Assembly: GCF_009914755.1 (NCBI RefSeq)
Contig: NC_060944.1
DNA from: the human T2T-CHM13v2.0 reference genome, Homo sapiens
Length of the DNA stretch: 64,000 nt
Reading direction: 5' to 3' (one strand)
The notes beneath the pieces were generated by a model, which saw only the letters and a program-made list of their open reading frames with translations, did not search any database and had not been told where the DNA came from. Positions 54,501-64,000 of this stretch are shown in pieces. Position 1 is the first letter of the stretch; every line of letters begins with the position of its first letter. The translations under genes and the position numbers were made by a program.

Positions 54501-57500
54501 TTCTGTCCAGTTGTTACGGGAAGATATTTCCTTTTTCAACATAGGCCTGAAACTGCTTCAAATGTCCACTTCCAGATACTGCAAAGAGAGTGTTTCAAAC
54601 CTTCTCTACGAAAGGGCATGTTCTCCTCTGTGACGTCAATGCAAACATCCCAAAGAAGTTTCTGAGAATGCTTCTGTCTGGATTTTATCTGAAGACAATC
54701 CCGTTTCCAACGAAATCCTCAAAGTTATGCAAATATGCTCCTGCAGATTCTACAAAAGGAGTGTTTCAAAACTGCTCTATGAAAAGAAAGGTTCAACTAT
54801 GTTAGTAGAGGGCACACATCACAAACAAGTTGCCGAGAATGATTCTGTCTGGTTTTTATGGGAAGATATTTCCTTTTGCAACACAAGCCTGAATGCGCTC
54901 CAAATGGACACTTCCAGATACGACAAAAGGAGTGTTTCAAAGCTGTTCTATGAAAGGGAACGTTCCATTCTGTGACTTGAATGCAAACATCACCAAGTAG
55001 TTTCTCAGAACGCTGCTGTCTGCTTTTTATATGTATTCCCGTGTCCAAGGAAATCGTCAAAGCCAGCCAAATATCAACCTGCAGGTTCCACAAAAAGAGT
55101 GTGTCAAAACTGCTCTCTCAAAAGACATGTTCAACTCCGTCAGTTGAGGACACACATCACAAAGAAGTTTCTGAGAATGCTTCTGTCTAGTTTTTATGGG
55201 AAGATATTTCCTTTTTCACCATAGGCCTCAAAGCGCTCCAAATGTCCACTTCCAGGGAATGGAAAAAGAGTGTTTCCAACCTGCTCTATGAAAGCCAATG
55301 TTCAACTCCGTGACTTGAATGCAACCATCACAAGGAAGTTTCTGAGAATGCTTCTGTCTAGATTTTATATGAAGATATTCCCGTTTCCAACGAAATCCTC
55401 AAAGCTATACAAATATCCACTTGGAGATTCTACAAAAAGAGTGTTTCAAAACTGCTCTATCAAAAGAAAGGTTCTACTCCGTCAGTTGAGGACACACATC
55501 ACGAGTAAGTTTCTGACAATGCTTCTGTCTAGTTTTTATGGGAAGATATGTCCGTTTTCACCTTAGGCCGGCAAGCGCTCCAAAAATCCAGTTACAGACA
55601 CTACAAAAAGAGTGTTTCAAACCTGCTCTGTGAAAGGGAATGTTCCATTCTGTGACTTGAATGCAAACATCACAAAGAAGTTGCTGAGAATGCTGCTGTC
55701 TGCTTTTTATACCTTATAACGTTTCCAACGAAATCCTCAAATCTAGCCAAATATCCACTTGCAGACTCCACAAAAACAGTGTTTCAAAACTGTACTGTCA
55801 AAAGAAATGTTCAACTGTGTTAGTTGAGGACACACATCAGAGACTAGCTTCTGAGAATGCTTCTGTCCAGTTGTTACGGGAAGATATTTCCTTTTTCAAC
55901 ATAGGCCTGAAACCGCTTCAAATGTCCACTTCCAGATACTGCAAAGAGAGTGTTTCAAACCTTCTCGACGAAAGGGCATGTTCTCCTCTGTGACGTCAAT
56001 GCAAACATCCCAAAGAAGTTTCTGAGAATGCTTCTGTCTGGATTTTACCTGAAGACAATCCCGTTTCCAACGAAATCCTCAAAGATATGCAAATATGCAC
56101 CTGCAGATTCTACAAAAAGAGTGTTTCAAAACTGCTCTATGAAAAGAAAGGTTCGACTCTGTTAGTAGAGGGCACACATCACAAACAAGTTGCCGAGAAT
56201 GCTTCTGTCTGGTTTTTATGGGAAGATATTTCCTTTTCCAACACAAGCCTGAATGCGCTCCAAATGGACACTTCCAGATACGACAAAAGGAGTGTTTCAA
56301 ACCTGTACTGTGAAAGGGAACGTTCCATTCTGTGACTTGAATGCAAACATCACCAAGTAGTTTCTCAGAACGCTGCTGTCTGCATTTTATATGTATTCCC
56401 GTGTCCAACGAAATCGTCAAAGCCAGCCAAATATCCACTTGCAGGTTCCACAAAACGAGTGTGTCAAAACTGCTCTCTCAAAAGACATGTTCAACTCTGT
56501 TAGTTGAGGACACACATCACAAAGAAGTTTCTGAGAATGCTTCTGTCTAGTTTTTATGGGAAGATATTTCCTTTTTCACCATAGGCCTCAAAGCGCTCCA
56601 AATGTCCACTTCCAGGGAATGGAAAAAGAGTGTTTCCAACCTGCTCTATGAAAGCGAATGTTCAACTCCGTGACTTGAATGCAACCATCACAAGGAAGTT
56701 TCTGAGAATGCTTCTGTCTAGATTTTATATGAAGATATTCCCGTTTCCAACGAAATCCTCAAAGCTATCCAAATATCCCCTTGGAGATTCTATAAAAAGA
56801 GTGTTTCAAAACTGCTCTATCAAAAGAAAGGTTCTACTCCGTCAGTTGAGGACACACATCACGAGTAAGTTTCTGAGAATGCTTCTGTCTAGTTTTTATG
56901 GGAAGATATGTCCTTTTTCACCTTAGGCCGGAAAGCGCTCCAAAAGTCCAGTTACAGACACTACAAAAAGAGTGTTTCAAACCTGCTCTGTGAAAGGGAA
57001 TGTTCCATTCTGTGACTTGAATGCAAACATCACAAAGAAGTTGCTGAGAATGGTGCTGTCTGCTTTTTATACCTTATCCCGTTTCCAACGAAATCCTCAA
57101 ATCTAGCCAAATATCCACTTGCAGACTCCACAAAAAGAGTGTTTCTAAACTGTACTGTCAAAAGAAATGTTCAACTCTGTTAGTTGAGGACACACATCAG
57201 AGACTAGCTTCTGAGAATGCTTCTGTCCAGTTGTTACGGGAAGATATTTCCCTTTTCAACATAGTCCTGAAACCGCTTCAAATGTCCACTTCCAGATACT
57301 GCAAAGAGAGTGTTTCAAACCTTCTCTACGAAAGGGCATGTTCTCCTCTGTGACGTCAATGCAAACATCCCAAAGAAGTTTCTGAGAATGCTTCTGTCTG
57401 GATTTTATCTGAAGACAATCCCGTTTCCAACGAAATCCTCAAAGCTATGCAAATATGCTCCTGCAGATTCTACAAAAAGAGTGTTTCAAAACTGCTCTAG

Positions 57501-60500
57501 GAAAAGAAAGGTTCAACTATGTTAGTAGAGGGCACACATCACAAACAAGTTGCCGAGAATGATTCTGTCTGGTTTTTATGGGAAGATATTTCCTTTTGCA
57601 ACACAAGCCTGAATGCGCTCCAAATGGACACTTCCAGATACGACAAAAGGAGTGTTTCAAACCTGTTCTATGAAAGGGAACGTTCCATTCTGTGACTTGA
57701 ATGCAAACATCACCAAGTAGTTTCTCAGAACGCTGCTGTCTGCTTTTTATATGTATTCCCGTATCCAAGGAAATCGTCAAAGCCAGCCAAATATCAACTT
57801 GCAGGTTCCACAAAAAGAGTGTGTCAAAACTGCTCTCTCAAAAGACATGTTCAACTCCGTCAGTTGAGGACACACATCACAAAGAAGTTTCTGAGAATGC
57901 TTCTGTCTAGTTTTTATGGGAAGATATTTCCTTTTTCACCATAGGCCTCAAAGCGCTCCAAATGTCCACTTCCAGGGAATGGAAAAAGAGTGTTTCCAAC
58001 CTGCTCTATGAAAGCGAATGTTCAACTCCGTGACTTGAATGCAACCATCACAAGGAAGTTTCTGAGAATGCTTCTGTCTAGATTTTATATGAAGATATTC
58101 CCGTTTCCAACGAAATCCTCAAAGCTATCCAAATATCCACTTGGAGATTCTACAAAAAGAGTGTTTCAAAACTGCTCAATCAAAAGAAAGGTTCTACTCC
58201 GTCAGTTGAGGACACACATCACGAGTAAGTTTCTGAGAATGCTTCTGTCTAGTTTTTATGGGAAGATATGCCCTTTTTCACCTTAGGCCGGAAAGCGCTC
58301 CAAAAGTCCAGTTACAGAAACTACAAAAAGAGTGTTTCAAACCTGCTCTGTGAAAGGGAATGTTCCATTCTGTGACTTGAATGCAAACATCACAAAGAAG
58401 TTGCTGAGAATGCTGCTGTCTGGTTTTTATACCTTATCCCGTTTCCAACGAAATCCTCAAATCTAGCCAAATATCCACTTGCAGACTCCACAAAAACAGT
58501 GTTTCAAAACTGTACTTTCAAAAGAAATGTTCAACTCTGTTAGTTGAGGACACACATCAGAGACTAGCTTCTGAGAATGCTTCTGTCCAGTTGTTACGGG
58601 AAGATATTTCCTTTTTCAACATAGGCCTGAAACCGCTTCAAATGTCCACTTCCAGATACTGCAAAGAGAGTGTTTCAAACCTTCTCTACGAAAGGGCATG
58701 TTCTCCTCTGTGACGTCAATGCAAACATCCCAAAGAAGTTTCTGAGAATGCTTCTGTCTGGATTTTATCTGAAGACAATCCCGTTTCTAACGAAATCCTC
58801 AAAGATATGCAAATATGCTCCTGCAGATTCTACAAAAAGAGTGTTTCAAAACTGCTCTATGAAAAGAAAGGTTCGACTCTGTTAATAGAGGGCACACAAC
58901 ACAAACAAGTTGCCGAGAATGATTCTGTCTGGTTTTTATGGGAAGATATTTCCTTTTCCAACACAAGCCTGAATGCGCTCCAAATGGACACTTCCAGATA
59001 CGACAAAAGGAGTGTTTCAAAGCTGTTCTATGAAAGGGAACGTTCCATTCTGTGACTTGAATGCAAACATCACCAAGTAGTTTCTCAGAACGCTGCTGTC
59101 TGCTTTTTATGTGTATTACCGTTTCCAACGAAATCGTCAAATCCAGCCAAATATCCACTTGCAGGTTCCACAAAAAGAGTGTTTCAAAACTGCTCTCTCA
59201 AAAGACATGTTCAACTCTGTCAGTTGAGGACACACATCACAAAGAAGTTTGTGAGAATGCTTCTGTCTAGTTTTTATGGGAACATATTTCCTTTTTTACC
59301 GTAAGCCTCAAAGCGCTCCAATTATCCACTTCCAGGGAATGGAAAAAGAGTGTTTCCAACCTGCTCTATGAAAGCGAATGTTCAACTCCGTGACTTGAAT
59401 GCAACCATCACAAGGAAGTTTCTGAGAATGCTTCTGTCTACATTTTATATGGAGATATTCCCGTTTCCAACGAAATCCTCAAAGCTATCAAAATATCCTC
59501 TTGGAGATTCTACAAAAAGAGTGTTTCAAAACTGCTCTATCAAAAGAAAGGTTCTACTCCGTCAGTTGAGGACACACATCACGAGTAAGTTTCTGACAAT
59601 GCTTCTGTCTAGTTTTTATGGGAAGATATGTCCTTTTTCACCTTAGGCCGGAAAGCGCTCCAAAAGTCCAGTTACAGACACTACAAAAAGAGTGTTTCAA
59701 ACCTGCTCTGTGAAAGGGAATGTTCCATTCTGTGACTTGAATGCAAACATCACAAAGAAGTTGCTGAGAATGCTGCTGTCTGCTTTTTATACCTTATCCC
59801 GTTTCCAACGAAATCCTCAAATCTAGCCAAATATCCACTTGCAGACTCCACAAAAACAGTGTTTCAAAACTGTACTGTCAAAAGAAATGTTGAACTCTGT
59901 TAGTTGAGGACACACATCAGAGACTAGCTTCTGAAAATGCTTCTGTCCAGTTGTTACGGGAAGATATTTCCTTTTTCAACATAGGCCTGAAACCGCTTCA
60001 AATGTCCACTTCCAGATACTGCAAAGAGAGTGTTTCAAACCTCCTCTACGAAAGGGCATGTTCTCCTCTGTGACGTCAATGCAAACATCCCAAAGAAGTT
60101 TCTGAGAATGCTTCTGTCTGGATTTTATCTGAAGACAATCCCGTTTCCAACGAAATCTTCAAAGATATGCAAATATGCTCCTGCAGATTCTACAAAAAGA
60201 GTGTTTCAAAACTGCTCTATGAAAGGAAAGGTTCGACTCTGTTAGTAGAGGGCACACATCACAAACAAGTTGCCGAGAATGATTCTGTCTGTTTTTTATG
60301 GGAAAATATTTCCTTTTCCAACACAAGCCTGAATGCGCTGCAAATGGACACTTCCAGATACGACAAAAGGAGTGTTTCAAAGCTGTTCTATGAAAGGGAA
60401 CCTTCCATTGTGTGACTTGAATGCAAACATCACCAAGCAGTTTCTCAGAACTGTGCTGTCTGCTTCTTATATGTATTCCCGTTTCCAACGAAATCGTCAA

Positions 60501-63500
60501 AGCCAGCCAAATATCCACTTGCAGGTTCCACAAAAAGAGTGTGTCAAAACTGCTCTCTCAAAAGACATGTTCAACTCTGTCAGTTGAGGACACACATCAC
60601 AAAGAAGTTTGTGAGAATGCTTCTGCCTAGTTTTTATGGGAAGATATTTCCTTTTTCACCATAGGCCTCAAAGCGCTCCAAATGTCCAATTCCAGGGAAT
60701 GGAAAAAGAGTGTTTCCAACCTGCTCTATGAAAGCAAATGTTCAACTCCGTGAATTGAATGCAACCAAAACAAGGAAGTTTCTGAGAATGCTTCTGTCTA
60801 GATTTTATATGAAGATATTCCCGTTTCCAACGAAATCCCCAAAGCTATCAAAATATCCACTTGGAGATTCTACAAAAAGAGTGTTTCAAAACTGCTCTAT
60901 CAAAAGAAAGGTTCTACTCCGTCAGTTGAGAACACACATCACGAGTAAGTTTCTGACAATGCTTCTGTCTAGTTTTTATGGGAAGACATGTCCTTTTTCA
61001 CCTTAGACAGGAAAGCGCTCCAAAAGTCCAGTTACAGACACTACAAAAAGAGTGTTTCAAACCTGCTCTGTGAAAGGGAATGTTCAATTCTGTGACTTGA
61101 ATGCAAACATCACAAAGAAGTAGCTGAGAATGCTGCTGTCTGCTTTTTATACCTTATCCCGTTTCCAACGAAATCCTCAAATCTAGGCAAATATCCACTT
61201 GCAGACTCCACAAAAACAGTGTTTCAAAACTGTACTGTCAAAAGAAATGTTCAACTCTGTTAGTTGAGGACACACATCAGAGACTAGCTTCTGAGAATGC
61301 TTCTGTCCAGTTGGTACGGGAAGATATTTCCTTTTTCAGAATAGGCCTGAAACCGCTTCAAATGTCCACTTCCAGATACTGCAAAGAGAGTGTTTCAAAT
61401 CTTCTCTACGAAAGGGCATGTTCTCCTCTGTGACGTCAATGCAAACATCCTAAAGAAGTTTCTGAGAATGCTTCTGTCTGGATTTTATCTGAAGACAATC
61501 CCGTTTCCAACGAAATCCTCAAAGCTATGCAAATATGCTCCTGCAGATTCTACAAAAAGAGTGTTTCAAAACTGCTCTATGAAAAGAAAGGTTCGACTCT
61601 GTTAGTAGAGGGCACACATCACAAACAAGTTGCCGAGAATGCTTCTGTCTGGTTTTTATGGGAAGATATTTCCTTTTCCAACACAAGCCTGAATGCGCTC
61701 CAAATGGACACTTCCAGATACGACAAAAGGAGGGTTTCAAACCTGTTCTGTGAAAGGGAACGTTCCATTCTGTGACTTGAATGCAAACATCACCAAGTAG
61801 TTTCTCAGAACGCTGCTGTCTGCTTTTTATATGAATTCCCGTTTCCAACGAAATCGTCAAAGCCAGCCAAATATCCACTTGCAGGTTCCACAAAAAGAGT
61901 GTGTCAAAACTGCTCTCTCAAAAGACATGTTCAACTCTGTCAGTTGAGGACACACATCACAAAGAAGTTTGTGAGAATGCTTCTGCCTAGTTTTTATGGG
62001 AAGATATTTCCTTTTTCACCATAGGCCTCAAAGCGCTCCAAATGTCCACTTCCAGGGAATGGAAAAAGAGTGTTTCCAACCTGCTCTATGAAAGCGAATG
62101 TTCAACTCCGTGACTTGAATGCAACCATCACAAGGAAGCTTCTGAGAATGCTTCTGTCTAGATTTTATATGAAGATATTCCCGTTTCCAACGAAATCCTC
62201 AAAGCTATCCAAATATCCACTTGGAGATTCTACAAAAAGAGTGTTTCAAAACTGCTCTATCAAAAGAAAGGTTCTACTCCGTCAGTTGAGGACACACATC
62301 ACGAGTAAGTTTCTGACAATGCTTCTGTCTAGTTTTTATGGGAAGATATGTCCTTTTTCACATTAGGCCGGAAAGCGCTCCAAAAGTCCAGTTACAGACA
62401 CTACAAAAAGAGTGTTTCAAACCTGCTCTGTGAAAGCGAATGTTCCATTCTGTGACTTGAATGCAAACATCACAAAGAAGTTGCTGAGAATGCTGCTGTC
62501 TGCTTTTTATACCTTATCCCGTTTCCAACGAAATCCTCAAATCTAGCCAAATATCCACTTGCAGACTCCACAAAAACAGTGTTTCAAAACTGTACTGTCA
62601 AAAGAAATGTTCAACTCTGTTAGTTGAGGACACACATCAGAGACTAGCTTCTGAGAATGCTTCTGTCCAGTTGTTACGGGAAGATATTTCCTTTTTCAAC
62701 ATAGGCCTGAAACTGCTTCAAATGTCCACTTCCAGATACTGCAAAGAGAGTGTTTCAAACCTTCTCTACGAAAGGGCATGTTCTCCTCTGTGACGTCAAT
62801 GCAAACATCCCAAAGAAGTTTCTGAGAATGCTTCTGTCTGGATTTTATCTGAAGACAATCCCGTTTCCAACGAAATCCTCAAAGTTATGCAAATATGCTC
62901 CTGCAGATTCTACAAAAGGAGTGTTTCAAAACTGCTCTATGAAAAGAAAGGTTCAACTATGTTAGTAGAGGGCACACATCACAAACAAGTTGCCGAGAAT
63001 GATTCTGTCTGGTTTTTATGGGAAGATATTTCCTTTTGCAACACAAGCCTGAATGCGCTCCAAATGGACACTTCCAGATACGACAAAAGGAGTGTTTCAA
63101 AGCTGTTCTATGAAAGGGAACGTTCCATTCTGTGACTTGAATGCAAACATCACCAAGTAGTTTCTCAGAACGCTGCTGTCTGCTTTTTATATGTATTCCC
63201 GTGTCCAAGGAAATCGTCAAAGCCAGCCAAATATCAACCTGCAGGTTCCACAAAAAGAGTGTGTCAAAACTGCTCTCTCAAAAGACATGTTCAACTCCGT
63301 CAGTTGAGGACACACATCACAAAGAAGTTTCTGAGAATGCTTCTGTCTAGTTTTTATGGGAAGATATTTCCTTTTTCACCATAGGCCTCAAAGCGCTCCA
63401 AATGTCCACTTCCAGGGAATGGAAAAAGAGTGTTTCCAACCTGCTCTATGAAAGCCAATGTTCAACTCCGTGACTTGAATGCAACCATCACAAGGAAGTT

Positions 63501-64000
63501 TCTGAGAATGCTTCTGTCTAGATTTTATATGAAGATATTCCCGTTTCCAACGAAATCCTCAAAGCTATACAAATATCCACTTGGAGATTCTACAAAAAGA
63601 GTGTTTCAAAACTGCTCTATCAAAAGAAAGGTTCTACTCCGTCAGTTGAGGACACACGTCACGAGTAAGTTTCTGACAATGCTTCTGTCTAGTTTTTATG
63701 GGAAGATATGTCCGTTTTCACCTTAGGCCGGCAAGCGCTCCAAAAATCCAGTTACAGACACTACAAAAAGAGTGTTTCAAACCTGCTCTGTGAAAGGGAA
63801 TGTTCCATTCTGTGACTTGAATGCAAACATCACAAAGAAGTTGCTGAGAATGCTGCTGTCTGCTTTTTATACCTTATAACGTTTCCAACGAAATCCTCAA
63901 ATCTAGCCAAATATCCACTTGCAGACTCCACAAAAACAGTGTTTCAAAACTGTACTGTCAAAAGAAATGTTCAACTGTGTTAGTTGAGGACACACATCAG
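48600..64000 (-). repeat. Duplication of a ~9.5-kb (7-HOR) unit; the second copy (from ~58.0 kb, running off the window) lacks one HOR
   Basis: The offset is 9519 for 49151/58670, 49542/59061, 49831/59350 and 50511/60030. It is then 8160 for 52261/60421, 52550/60710, 53910/62070 and 55270/63430. Confidence 0.92.

Larger units (their letters stand above)
1..64000 (-). repeat. Alpha-satellite (alphoid) higher-order repeat array, 8-monomer 1360-bp HOR, ~47 copies, uniform orientation
   Basis: Alphoid motifs occur throughout (gagtgtttcaaaactgctct, gtttctgagaatgcttctgtctag, aaatatccacttgcaga). The same ORF-track peptides recur every 1360 bp (e.g. 9379, 10739, 12099, 13459, 14819). 1360 bp is 8 x ~170 bp. 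Confidence 0.99.
1..64000 (-). repeat. Suprachromosomal family 2 (D1/D2 dimeric) alpha satellite; resembles the human chr2/18/20 SF2 subgroup or a great-ape counterpart
   Basis: Minus-strand motifs CTGGAAGTGGACATTTGGAGCGCTTTGAGGCCTATGGTG, TATAAAAAGCAGACAGCAGC, TTGCATTCAAGTCACAGA, GTGTCCTCAACTAACAGAG and CCCGTAACAACT match my recollection of SF2 monomers, and A/B monomers alternate strictly. The subgroup call is from memory, not from a search. Confidence 0.7.

Noticed and set aside
846-63726. Roughly 190 short ORFs (60-155 aa), including recurring 98-aa and 124-aa frames
   Set aside because: They are translations of satellite DNA repeating at the HOR period. They overlap in several frames, are broken at random by SNVs and indels, and show no recognisable domain or gene structure.
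1-64000. CRISPR-like or other repeat-spacer system
   Set aside because: There are no unique spacers; all sequence between motifs is itself repeated, and no cas-like genes are present.
1-64000. Assignment to the SF1 8-mers D10Z1 or D12Z3 (similar HOR length; RsaI and PstI sites about once per HOR)
   Set aside because: The monomer motifs look like D1/D2 (SF2), not J1/J2. HOR length and restriction periodicity alone are not diagnostic.
1-64000. Transposon insertion (L1/Alu) or inversion in the array
   Set aside because: The 1360-bp register is accounted for end to end by small indels and one 342-bp deletion. All CENP-B boxes lie on the same strand.

Overview
The whole 64 kb window is primate centromeric alpha-satellite DNA in a single orientation, with CENP-B boxes reading on the minus strand. 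I see no genes, transposon insertions, inversions or non-satellite interruptions. The structure is ~171-bp monomers alternating pJalpha-type (A) and CENP-B-box-type (B), forming ~340-bp dimers, a 680-bp tetramer sub-period and a 1360-bp 8-monomer higher-order repeat (HOR), about 47 copies. The monomer motifs fit suprachromosomal family 2 (D1/D2). The exact chromosome and species cannot be fixed without a search. All listed ORFs are satellite artefacts that recur at the HOR period. The informative signal is in the variant pattern: a divergent, CENP-B-poor left end; one 6-mer deletion variant; a near-perfect 4080-bp (3-HOR) tandem duplication; a 7-HOR duplication whose second copy lacks one HOR; a block repeated 36.4 kb away; and short conversion-like tracts. 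I find no evidence for a new protein-coding or RNA system. All comparisons were made by eye and need alignment to confirm.
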